The position numbers and the translations under genes are program-made. Of a stretch of DNA of 64,000 nt, positions 45,257 to 54,105 are shown one piece after another (the first letter of the stretch is position 1; each line of letters begins with the position of its first letter). A model generated the notes under the pieces. That model worked only from the letters and a program-made list of their open reading frames with translations, ran no database searches and was not told the origin of the DNA. This stretch comes from Fimbriimonadaceae bacterium (lineage in GTDB: Bacteria; Armatimonadota; Fimbriimonadia; Fimbriimonadales; Fimbriimonadaceae), in the NCBI GenBank assembly GCA_046154445.1, contig JBJXDW010000010.1, positions 36,014-100,013 of the forward strand. The letters are read 5' to 3'.

Positions 45257-47505
45257 TGCTTGACCCGCGACGTATCGGCGAGATATTGAGTTCGCGGCCG
45301 GTTCATGGGGTTGTGTTTCCGGCGCGGGATGCCGAATTTGCGGATATCCCTGATGAGTTCCCGGACATGTTACGGAGCTGGCTGAAGCAGGCGGGGATTC
45401 AGAAGCTCTATTCGCATCAGGCGGAGGCAGTTGAAGGGTTTTCGCGGGGGGAAGACTTGATGGTTGTTACGGGCACAGGGAGTGGGAAGTCGCTCTGTTA
45501 CGTATTGCCGGCATTGAAGGCGTGTTTGGATGAGCCAGCGGCGCGGTGTTTGTTTTTGTTTCCGACAAAGGCTTTGGCGCAGGATCAGTTAGGGAAGTTG
45601 GGCGAATTGATTCCGGCGGATGAGGTTTTGTGCGCGACTTATGATGGGGATACGGAGCGATCGGGGCGGTCGGCGATTCGGAGGCAGGCGAATATAGTTT
45701 TGACGAACCCGGACATGTTACATATCGGGATGTTGCCAGGGCATGAGAATTGGTTGAGGTTCTTGAAGAATTTGCGGCTGATTGTGATTGATGAGGCGCA
45801 CGTTTATCGCGGTGCGTTTGGGGGGCATTTTGGGTGGGTGGTTCGACGGTTGCTTCGGCTTTGTGCTTGGCATGGGGCGCGGCCTCAGATTATTGCGTGT
45901 TCGGCGACGATCAGTAACGCGGCGCAGCATTTTGAGGACTTGACGGGGCGAACCGCAAGGCTCATCACACAAGATGGGGCGCCGCAGGGGGAGAAGCAGG
46001 TGCTGGTCGTGGAGGCGGTTGATGATGAGGCGGGGGAAGCTCGGAGCCCGAATAGTGAAGTTGCGGAAATCTTGGCGGAGGCGGTGACACATGGAGTGAA
46101 GACGATGGTGTTTTGTCGAAGCCGGAATGGGGTTGAGCTGGTTTTGCGGGCAGGACGAAATGAACTCAAAAAATTGGGGGGCGATCCTGAATGGATTGAT
46201 GCTTATCGAGGGGGGTATACGCCGACAGAGAGAAGAGATATTGAGAGTCGGCTCTTTTCGGGTGAATTGAGGGGGATCGCGACGACCAATGCAATGGAAT
46301 TGGGGGTGGATGTCGGCGGGCTTGATTTGGTGATCCTCAATGGGTACCCGGGGAGTCGGGCGAGTTTTTGGCAGCAGGCTGGTCGCGCAGGCCGAGGTGG
46401 TCGCGGAGGCATGGCGATGATGCTGGCTCATGCTGACCCGTTGGAGCAGTTTTTGGCTAGGCGGATTAATTTGTTGGCGGTTGAGCCGGAGCCATCGCTC
46501 GCAAGTATTCGCAATCCGTTGATTGCGTCGCGGCAGTTGAAGTGTGCAATTTATGAGCGGCCAATGACTTGGGGGGAGATTGACGTGGTTGGTGCGAGGG
46601 CGGTAGCCGAAGATTTGTTGACTGCGGGTGAGATTCATGATTCGGCGGGGATGTTGTTCTTCCCGGCGCATCGTACGCCGGCGGTAGAGGTGAACATTCG
46701 CAGTGCGGATAATGAAAGTGTTCAGCTTTTTGTCGGAGGTGTTTCTCTTGGTGATATGGAAAAATGGCGGGCGATGCAGGGCGCGCATGTTGGAGCGGTT
46801 CATTTGCACCGGGGAGAGAGTTACATTGTAGAAGCGGTTGACTTTAGTAAAGGTGTGGCGTTTTTGGCGAAGTTTGACGGGGATTACTATACGCAACCAG
46901 TTGTTCAGAGTTTGATCGAGTCGCAGGCAGTTTTGGAAGAGGATGATCAAAGGGATCGACGCAGTTCGCTTGAGGCGGTCAGCGTGACGACATTGGTGAC
47001 GGGATACAGAAAGATGAGTTTGAAAGGGAACGTGGTGCTTTCGGATGAAGAACTTGAACCGATGAGCCGAACGATTGATACGATTGCGTTGCGGTTTGGG
47101 ATGGCTTATGGGGGTGTGAAAGGATTTGAGTTAGGGGTTGAATCCGCTACTGGCGGCGTTCATGCTTTGGAACATGCGCTTTCGGCGGTGGCACCGCTCG
47201 TTGCAGGGTGTGATCGGCGAGATTTGGGATCGAGTTGGTATTTGATGGCTCCGGATCGGATGGAGCCGGCGGTTTATCTCTATGATGTTGCGCCGGGTGG
47301 ATTGGGATTGGTGGAGCAGTGTTATCGTGAGAGGGCGACGCTGGTTCGGCGGGCTTTAGAATTGGTTGAAGGGTGCAAATGTGCGGATGGCTGCCCGCTT
47401 TGCATTCTATCGGCAATGTGTGAGTGCAGGAACGAAAACTTAAACAAAGCGGTTGTGCTGGCATTGTTGCGGGGTTGGTCTTCGAGCCTGGGTCAGCTTG
47501 CCTGA
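45256..47505 (+). CDS. DEAD/DEAH-box helicase with DUF1998 domain (MrfA/YprA/Hrq1-like)
   Basis: TGTGSGKS, DEAH, SAT, TNAMELGVDVG, QQAGRAGR and C-terminal CxCxxGCPxC. Confidence 0.93.
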   Translation: MLDPRRIGEILSSRPVHGVVFPARDAEFADIPDEFPDMLRSWLKQAGIQKLYSHQAEAVEGFSRGEDLMVVTGTGSGKSLCYVLPALKACLDEPAARCLFLFPTKALAQDQLGKLGELIPADEVLCATYDGDTERSGRSAIRRQANIVLTNPDMLHIGMLPGHENWLRFLKNLRLIVIDEAHVYRGAFGGHFGWVVRRLLRLCAWHGARPQIIACSATISNAAQHFEDLTGRTARLITQDGAPQGEKQVLVVEAVDDEAGEARSPNSEVAEILAEAVTHGVKTMVFCRSRNGVELVLRAGRNELKKLGGDPEWIDAYRGGYTPTERRDIESRLFSGELRGIATTNAMELGVDVGGLDLVILNGYPGSRASFWQQAGRAGRGGRGGMAMMLAHADPLEQFLARRINLLAVEPEPSLASIRNPLIASRQLKCAIYERPMTWGEIDVVGARAVAEDLLTAGEIHDSAGMLFFPAHRTPAVEVNIRSADNESVQLFVGGVSLGDMEKWRAMQGAHVGAVHLHRGESYIVEAVDFSKGVAFLAKFDGDYYTQPVVQSLIESQAVLEEDDQRDRRSSLEAVSVTTLVTGYRKMSLKGNVVLSDEELEPMSRTIDTIALRFGMAYGGVKGFELGVESATGGVHALEHALSAVAPLVAGCDRRDLGSSWYLMAPDRMEPAVYLYDVAPGGLGLVEQCYRERATLVRRALELVEGCKCADGCPLCILSAMCECRNENLNKAVVLALLRGWSSSLGQLA

Positions 47506-47526
47506 ATTGGTATATTTGAGCTTGCC

Positions 47527-48555
47527 ATGTTGATTTTGATGAAAGTTGGGGCGAGCGATGCTCAGATAGACCAGGTTTGCGAGATTATCCGAAACCGGGG
47601 GATTGAGCCGCTCGTTCTGCCGGGGGAACCCCGCCGAGCGGTAGGTATCCCTTCGAGCCTCAGTCAAGATCAGCGAGTTGACCTTGAGTCGATTCTTGGT
47701 CGGTTGGACTTTGTTAGTAAGATTACGCAGACATCGAGTCCGTTCCGGCTTTCAGGGCTGGAATTTCACCCCGAGAAGACAGTTGTTAAGGTTAAGAATG
47801 TCGAGTTTGGTGCGGGGAAGTTTGTCGTGATTGGGGGTCCGTGCTCGGTTGAGAGTTACGCTCAGTTTAGAAAAGCGGCGGATGTTGTCAAGGCTTCTGG
47901 AGCGACGATGTTGCGCGGGGGTGCGTTTAAGCCGCGGACTTCGCCTTATTCATTCCAAGGTTTGCAAGAAGAAGGGCTAAAAATTATGAAGCAGGTTTCT
48001 GAGGAAACTGGCTTGGCGACAATAACGGAAGTGATGTCGGCGGAGAAGGTTGAGCTGGTGGCTGAGCATACTGATATGTTACAGATTGGGGCACGTAGTA
48101 TGCAAAATTTCCCTCTTTTGATTGAAGCGGGCAAGTCGGGCATGCCTGTATTCTTAAAGCGTGGCCCATCGGCAACGATTGATGAATTTGTGTTGGCGAG
48201 TGAATATATTTTGAATGAAGGGAATAACAATGTTGTGCTTTGCGAGCGGGGGATTTTGGCGATGGATAAGACTTATGTTCGTAACACGCTTGATTTGAAT
48301 GCGGTGCCGGTTTTGAAGAGTTTAACGCACTTGCCGGTGGTCGTTGACCCGAGCCACGGCACGGGGGTGGCTTCGCTCGTTGCGCCTCTGGCTAAGGCGG
48401 CGTTGGTTGTTGGTGCGGATGGGGTGATGATTGAAATGCACCCTGATCCGAATGAAGCATTGAGTGATGGGTCACAGGCTTTGGATTCTGATCAGTTTTC
48501 GACTTTGGTTGCGGAATTGAAGGGATTGGCCGATTATTGCGGGCTTAGTTTCTAA
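47527..48555 (+). CDS. aroF: DAHP synthase (class I-beta) with N-terminal regulatory domain
   Basis: GPCSVES, RGGAFKPRTSPYSFQG, QIGARSMQN, LCERG and DPSHGTG. Confidence 0.95.
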   Translation: MLILMKVGASDAQIDQVCEIIRNRGIEPLVLPGEPRRAVGIPSSLSQDQRVDLESILGRLDFVSKITQTSSPFRLSGLEFHPEKTVVKVKNVEFGAGKFVVIGGPCSVESYAQFRKAADVVKASGATMLRGGAFKPRTSPYSFQGLQEEGLKIMKQVSEETGLATITEVMSAEKVELVAEHTDMLQIGARSMQNFPLLIEAGKSGMPVFLKRGPSATIDEFVLASEYILNEGNNNVVLCERGILAMDKTYVRNTLDLNAVPVLKSLTHLPVVVDPSHGTGVASLVAPLAKAALVVGADGVMIEMHPDPNEALSDGSQALDSDQFSTLVAELKGLADYCGLSF

Positions 48556-49891
48556 GTTCCGAAAGAACTTTGGTCTCGGTAACTTTAGGGCGGTCTTTCC
48601 AGATGACAGATCCATCCACTCGGACGGTGGCTTGCCCGAAGGGAGTTTGGATCATTCCTAGAACTCGATTTGCAGGGTCATCAATCTCGGTGAGGTTTTC
48701 GCCGTTGAGTAAGTAATTGAATCCGTTCGTAAGGCTGTTGTTTCTCAGGTACGGCTGGAGGCTTTGATCCCATCCACTGGACGTTGGGAGCATGTCGTCG
48801 TAATCGGACGCATAAATCAGCATGCCAGTGCCGACCTGTTTTGCCCGCATTATGGACTCGTATTTGACGACTTCTTTCACCAATTCGGTGTATTGTTCGA
48901 AATTCATGGGCCGGACATCGGCAAGGAAGAGTCCGGAGCGGTCGACGTACCAGGCGAGTTGTCCGTTGAGGGTGGCTCCGCCTTCAGTTCCGTTCATGGT
49001 GAGATTAGCGGATTTTTGTCTACTCGGCGGTGTTTTGCTGTAGACGTCCATTGCAGGATCGTAGATTCTGAGGATTGGGCCACCCCGATTGACAGAATAG
49101 GGAGGTTCGAGATTGGTGAAATTTGGTTCAATGATTGCGTTTATGGTTCCGGTGTTGAGATCGAATTCGCTATCTGCAACTATTTTTTCGCCTTGTCGAT
49201 CCCACCCGAGGTTTACAATTCGATTGCCATCACTTACGAAGTCCCAGTATTCGCCCTTTGGGAGGGGAATTGTGCGTCGAGAGTTGTTTGAGAGGTTGAT
49301 GATTGTTGCTTGACTGACTGGTTGTTTTTCGACAATAGACTGTCTGAAAATCACGATGGAGTTCGATGCCTTCTGGAAGAGAGGTGGGGAATTGAATCCG
49401 ATTTCGTTTGTGGCGTAGATGGCTTGTTTGGAGCCGTTGATTGGATCGACAAAAAAGAGAGTTGTGGTTTCTTTTTGGTTGATTGAGACGGCAAGGTAGG
49501 GGGTGCCATTGACCCAAGCGTAGTAGTTCAGTTCGGTTGTTTTGGTATCGATGGGGTAGGCAAGTTTGGATTGTCCGGAGGCGAGATCAAGGGTGTAGAT
49601 TCCAGGTTTGGAGTTTTCGGCAGCTTGCAGGTTACGAGAATCGGGGAAATAGGGGATGGCTCGGTTGGCTTGTGGGTCGGCTACAAATGCGACGTAGCGA
49701 CTATCCATTCGGGCTTGGACACCGGCAACGGCGCCGTAGAAAACTTGGTGGGAAGGGAGAACATAGCGGTATTCGTTGCCGATTTTGAAGACATTTTCGA
49801 CGGGGACAGAGTCGAGATAGTTCTGGTCGATTTGGGCGAAGGTGGGAGCTGCGAGACAGAGTGTGGCGAGGAATGTGATGAGAGTTTTCAT
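48545..49891 (-). CDS. Secreted beta-propeller-like protein with C-terminal pilin/DUF1559-like helix
   Basis: Signal peptide from ATG 49891; C-terminal SIMRAKQVGTGMLIYASDYDDMLP...VDGSV. Confidence 0.7.
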   Translation of the reverse strand: MKTLITFLATLCLAAPTFAQIDQNYLDSVPVENVFKIGNEYRYVLPSHQVFYGAVAGVQARMDSRYVAFVADPQANRAIPYFPDSRNLQAAENSKPGIYTLDLASGQSKLAYPIDTKTTELNYYAWVNGTPYLAVSINQKETTTLFFVDPINGSKQAIYATNEIGFNSPPLFQKASNSIVIFRQSIVEKQPVSQATIINLSNNSRRTIPLPKGEYWDFVSDGNRIVNLGWDRQGEKIVADSEFDLNTGTINAIIEPNFTNLEPPYSVNRGGPILRIYDPAMDVYSKTPPSRQKSANLTMNGTEGGATLNGQLAWYVDRSGLFLADVRPMNFEQYTELVKEVVKYESIMRAKQVGTGMLIYASDYDDMLPTSSGWDQSLQPYLRNNSLTNGFNYLLNGENLTEIDDPANRVLGMIQTPFGQATVRVDGSVIWKDRPKVTETKVLSELRN

Positions 49892-49948
49892 AAGAAATGA
49901 AGCCCTTTTGTAGCCGAGCTTGCGAAATGCTCGTCTAACACTGTAATT

Positions 49949-50614
49949 ATGACGGTTTTGAGCTTTGCTTTCTTCGCGAGTTTGGTTGGACACGGTGAAT
50001 TTTCGGCGGAGAGTTATGCGTTGAGATGGGTGCCGACCCAGGGTGAAACGTTGACCTATACAATGCATGCTTTGAGTCAGGACAAAGAGAATTTGATGGA
50101 ATTAGAAGCTTCGTTGAAGCAGACAATTACCCTCAAAGATGACCATGGCTACTTGGTGGAAACGCAGAATTTGGGAGCGCTCATGCGAGTTGGGGGCCAG
50201 GATATACGTGATAATCGTGGTTCTAAGTCTGAGGTTGTTTTTACGAGTCGGGGAGCGGTTGCAACCGTCAAATTGGGGGAGAACGACGACGAGAAAAATC
50301 AGTGGACGTTTGCAGTTTCGCGGGCGTTTGTAGCACCAGAAAAGTCGGTTGCCGTTGGGGATGGTTGGCAATATGAATATAAGTCGAAGGGAGCGTTTGA
50401 AGGGGCCAGGATGACGTACAGTTTTGAGTCGCTTAAAGATGGAAAAGCGAAAGTAAGTTTTATCATGGGTGGGCCAGGTCGTGAGCGACCGCAATTGGGA
50501 AGCGGTCATTGGATGATTGATGCGAAGTCTGGCTTGTGGGATTCGATGGACGGGGAGTTTATCGACTTGTTCGGCGCGGTTGGGAAAGTAACTCTCAATT
50601 TGAAGCGCGATTAG
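49949..50614 (+). CDS. Secreted hypothetical protein
   Basis: Signal-like N-terminus; beta-rich 221 aa with host-like codon bias. Confidence 0.7.
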   Translation: MTVLSFAFFASLVGHGEFSAESYALRWVPTQGETLTYTMHALSQDKENLMELEASLKQTITLKDDHGYLVETQNLGALMRVGGQDIRDNRGSKSEVVFTSRGAVATVKLGENDDEKNQWTFAVSRAFVAPEKSVAVGDGWQYEYKSKGAFEGARMTYSFESLKDGKAKVSFIMGGPGRERPQLGSGHWMIDAKSGLWDSMDGEFIDLFGAVGKVTLNLKRD

Positions 50615-51792
50615 GGTTGCTGGGCGAGGATTTCGAGCATCCAGAGGGCGCAGGCGAGTTTTGATTTGCGGCCCGATTTGTGGGATTCGCCTGAACTCAG
50701 AATGAGCGTGAGTTCGTTCTCGTCGCTATGGAACCCAATTTCAGGGTTTGAGACATCGTTAAGGGCGATAGCGAAGACACCTTTTCGTCGCATTTTTTCG
50801 GTGGCGTAGGTAGTGTCGTCGCTGGGCTCGGCGGCGAAAGCGATGACGCGTTTGGTGGGGTTTTCTTTGGCGAGGCTGCCGATGATGTCAGGGTTGGGGC
50901 TTAGAGTAAGGGTGAGGTCACCGTCATTTCTGCGCAGTTTGGTGTTGCTCGGATTGTTGATTTTGTAGTCGGCTACTGCGGCAAGGCCGATGATCCAGTC
51001 TGCTTTTGCTGCGTAGGCTTGGCAGGCGGCAAGCATTTCGTCGGCGGTTTTGACTTTGATGGTGGTGGAATTGGCAGGAGTCGGGAGGCTGGTCGGGCCA
51101 GTGATGAAGATGACTTTGGCACCCATAAGTTTGGCGGCGCGAGCCATAGCGTCGCCCATTTTTCCGCTGGATCGGTTGGTGATGTAGCGGACGGAGTCGA
51201 TGGGTTCTTGAGTGGGGCCGCTCGTGATGAGGATGGTTTTGTCTTTGAGGAGTTCGCGCTTAGCGAGAATGGTTTCGACACATTCGAGGATTTGGGAATT
51301 GGGGGCGAGTTTGCCTTGTCCGGTTTCACCGGAGGCGACATCGCCTTCTGTGGGTTCGATGATGAATGCGCCTTGGCTCTGGATTTTGGTTATGCTGGAT
51401 TGGGTTTCGGGGTTGGTGAACATCGCGGGGTTCATGGCAGGGGCGATGACGAGGGGGACTTGGGCGGCGAGGATGATGGTTGTGAGCATTTCGTCGCCGA
51501 TGCCGTTGGCGACTTTGTTGAGGGTGTTGGCCGTGGCGGGGGCGATGAGGACGAGGTCGGCTTCCCGGGCCCAATCGATGTGGGCCATGCGTCCGCGGAT
51601 GGGTTCTTCAAATGTTTCGGTGAGACAGGGGTTGCCGGTAAGGGTTTCGAACAAAACGGGAGTGACAAATTGGGCGGCGGAATCAGTGAGACAGACGCGA
51701 ACGGTGTGACCGGCTCGCATGAGGTCGCGCGCGAGGTCGCAGGCGCGGTAGGCAGAGATGGAGCCGCATACTCCTAGGACGATGTTTGACAT
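50611..51792 (-). CDS. coaBC: Phosphopantothenoylcysteine decarboxylase / phosphopantothenate-cysteine ligase
   Basis: GVCGSISAY, APATAN, PAMN, GQGKL, NRSSGKMG and AAVADY. Confidence 0.96.
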   Translation of the reverse strand: MSNIVLGVCGSISAYRACDLARDLMRAGHTVRVCLTDSAAQFVTPVLFETLTGNPCLTETFEEPIRGRMAHIDWAREADLVLIAPATANTLNKVANGIGDEMLTTIILAAQVPLVIAPAMNPAMFTNPETQSSITKIQSQGAFIIEPTEGDVASGETGQGKLAPNSQILECVETILAKRELLKDKTILITSGPTQEPIDSVRYITNRSSGKMGDAMARAAKLMGAKVIFITGPTSLPTPANSTTIKVKTADEMLAACQAYAAKADWIIGLAAVADYKINNPSNTKLRRNDGDLTLTLSPNPDIIGSLAKENPTKRVIAFAAEPSDDTTYATEKMRRKGVFAIALNDVSNPEIGFHSDENELTLILSSGESHKSGRKSKLACALWMLEILAQQP

Positions 51793-52349
51793 TCTTTCTC
51801 CACGATTTCGCTGATGAGTTTGACGCAGTCAGCGACATTTTCGTTGACGACTTGATATTTGTATTTTGGGGCTTGGGCGAGTTCAAATTCGGCGTTTTTG
51901 ATGCGCTCGGCGAGCTTTTCGGGGTCTTCTGTCCCTCGGCTTTCGAGGCGGTTGATGAGTTCTTCTTGGCTGGGGGGGAGGAGGAAAATGGTGAGGAATT
52001 CGGGGTGTTCGGAGATGACTTGGAGTGCGCCTTGGACATCGATTTTGAGGATCGCTTTTTTGCCTTGGCGGATCATTTCTTTGAGGTTTTTGAGAGGGGT
52101 AGCGTAGAAGTTGCCGTGGACTTCTTTGTATTCGAGGAAGTGCCCGGCTTCGGCAAGTGATTTGAAGGTGCTGCTGCTGACAAAGAAATAAGATTGACCA
52201 TCGACTTCGCCGGGTCTAGGCGGGCGAGTGGTAAATGCGACGACTCTTTCGACGTTGGGGTCGATTGTGCGCCAGTGGTCGATGATGGTGTCTTTGCCGA
52301 CACCGCTCGGGCCGCTGATGATGATGGCGATTCCTGGTTTTCGGCTCAT
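51774..52349 (-). CDS. gmk: Guanylate kinase
   Basis: SGPSGVGKDT P-loop, TTRPPRPGEVDGQSY and IDVQGA. Confidence 0.96.
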   Translation of the reverse strand: MSRKPGIAIIISGPSGVGKDTIIDHWRTIDPNVERVVAFTTRPPRPGEVDGQSYFFVSSSTFKSLAEAGHFLEYKEVHGNFYATPLKNLKEMIRQGKKAILKIDVQGALQVISEHPEFLTIFLLPPSQEELINRLESRGTEDPEKLAERIKNAEFELAQAPKYKYQVVNENVADCVKLISEIVEKECQTSS

Positions 52350-53671
52350 GATTTTTTGAGGAGGTCGATGAGCCGTGCGGCGATGCGCATGGGGTCATGT
52401 CTGACGTAATCGGACTCCGACATAAAGTTGCCGGGAACTGGCTTGTACCCCATTTGTTTGATGCGGTCGGTATCGGCAACGACGAGGTCTTGACCTGATT
52501 GTTGGTATTTTTTGACGAGATCTTGGTGGGGAGAGGCGGTGTTGACGAGGACGTAATCGAAAACTCGGTTGGGGACGTTGGCTTGGATGGCAACAACGTG
52601 TTCGGCGGCGGAAAGGTGGTCGCTTTCGCCGGTTTGGGTCATGACGTTGCAGATATAGACCTTCATGGCGTCGCTTTCGAGGACGGCTTCGGCGATTCCG
52701 GGGACGATGAGGTTGGGGACGATGCTTGTGTAAACGCTTCCAGGGCCGATGCAGATGAGATCGGCTTCGTGGATTGCTTCGATCGCGCTAGGGTGGGGTT
52801 TTGGGTGGGAGGGGTTGAGATAAATGCGCTGGATTTTGAGGCTGGAATCGACGATGGTGGTTTCGCCGTCGAGCGTGCTTCCATCTTCCATGAGGGCGCG
52901 GAGGGTGACTTTGTCGGTGGTTGATGGGATGACTCGGCCCCGGATGGCGAGGACTTCGCTGGCGAGGATAAGGGCTTCGTCGAAATCACCGCCAGCTTGT
53001 TCGACAAATCCGGCGAGAAGGAGGTTGCCAATGCTGTGTCCGCTCAGGGCGCCGGTGCCTTCGCTGAAGCGATATTGGAAGAGGTCGGTCATCCGTTTTT
53101 CAGCGTCGGCGAGAGCGACGAGGCAGTTGCGCATGTCGCCGGGGGGGATGATGCCCATTTCTTGGGTGAGGCGACCGGAACTACCGCCGTCATCGGTGAC
53201 GGTGACGATCGCGGTGATATTGGAACTGTATTGTTTAAGGCCGCGAAGAAGGGTGGACATTCCGGTTCCACCGCCGAGAACAACGATGCGGGGGCCACGG
53301 GCGAGTTGTTGGCGTTTGATGTACCCGTGGACAAGGGTTTTTTTGCCGGATTGAGTTGTCGATTCTGATCCTAGACGTCGGAAGAATCCGCGAACTCCTC
53401 GGAAGATGCTATACCCCCCGATGATCATGAATATGAGGCCAACCAGGTGAGTAAATTGGCGGCTATCGGGATTGTTAGATAGTTGTTGGGCGGCGAGATC
53501 CCAAGCTTGACCGACAGGGCCAAAAACGGCCTGCAGGACATATTGGAAGCTCATGTGGATACCGAGGAGCAACGCAACGAATCCACCTCCGGCGAGCAGA
53601 ACGTATCGGTAAAGCTCGGCGGTCGGCAGGAGCCAGTTTTGAAGGCGTCTAGTCGTTCTCTTTTTTATCAT
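52346..53671 (-). CDS. yvcK: YvcK/CuvA gluconeogenesis factor with N-terminal TM extension
   Basis: GGGTGMS, VTVTDDGGSSGRL, PPGDMRNC, GHSIGNL, GPGSVYTS and RHDP; start set at ATG 53671. Confidence 0.9.
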   Translation of the reverse strand: MIKKRTTRRLQNWLLPTAELYRYVLLAGGGFVALLLGIHMSFQYVLQAVFGPVGQAWDLAAQQLSNNPDSRQFTHLVGLIFMIIGGYSIFRGVRGFFRRLGSESTTQSGKKTLVHGYIKRQQLARGPRIVVLGGGTGMSTLLRGLKQYSSNITAIVTVTDDGGSSGRLTQEMGIIPPGDMRNCLVALADAEKRMTDLFQYRFSEGTGALSGHSIGNLLLAGFVEQAGGDFDEALILASEVLAIRGRVIPSTTDKVTLRALMEDGSTLDGETTIVDSSLKIQRIYLNPSHPKPHPSAIEAIHEADLICIGPGSVYTSIVPNLIVPGIAEAVLESDAMKVYICNVMTQTGESDHLSAAEHVVAIQANVPNRVFDYVLVNTASPHQDLVKKYQQSGQDLVVADTDRIKQMGYKPVPGNFMSESDYVRHDPMRIAARLIDLLKKS

Positions 53672-54035
53672 CCGAAACAAACGCCCCGAGCACACCACTC
53701 ACAGCGGAGACAAGGACGGAGCCGACGAAGGCGGCCAGAAATCCGTTGACGGTGTAACCCATGCCGAGGCTACCGACGGCCCAAAAGAGCGCAGCATTGA
53801 TGACGAGAGCGAAGAGGCCGAGAGTGAGACAACTGATTGGGAAAGATATGAATTTTATGAAATTACCAAGAGTGGCATTGACGATTGCGAGGAATGCACT
53901 GCCGATGAATAGGGTCATGACACCTTGAGGAGTTGGGGAAACAATGATGCCGTCTTTGATGACCAGATTGGTGAGATAACTCGCCGCTATTATTGAAATG
54001 ACTAGCAAGATCCAGCGAATGAGCAACTTTTTCAT
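53649..54035 (-). CDS. YvlD-like 4-TM membrane protein ('phage holin family')
   Basis: AIVNATLG...PISCLTLGLFALVINAALF...GFLAAFVGS. Confidence 0.88.
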   Translation of the reverse strand: MKKLLIRWILLVISIIAASYLTNLVIKDGIIVSPTPQGVMTLFIGSAFLAIVNATLGNFIKFISFPISCLTLGLFALVINAALFWAVGSLGMGYTVNGFLAAFVGSVLVSAVSGVLGAFVSDDKKEND

Positions 54036-54105
54036 AACCGTGTGTAGTTATTTTAGCTGGTTCGAAGGTGGAGTGTATGGTCAATGATTCGGCATACTGA
54101 AAAGG

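Noticed and set aside
45256-47505. DISARM or Druantia defence system based on DUF1998
   Set aside because: It is a single fused helicase-DUF1998 among housekeeping genes, with no methylase, PLD or SNF2 partners.
53649-54035. Prophage lysis gene
   Set aside because: The YvlD-like 'holin' sits in a housekeeping operon, with no phage genes nearby.
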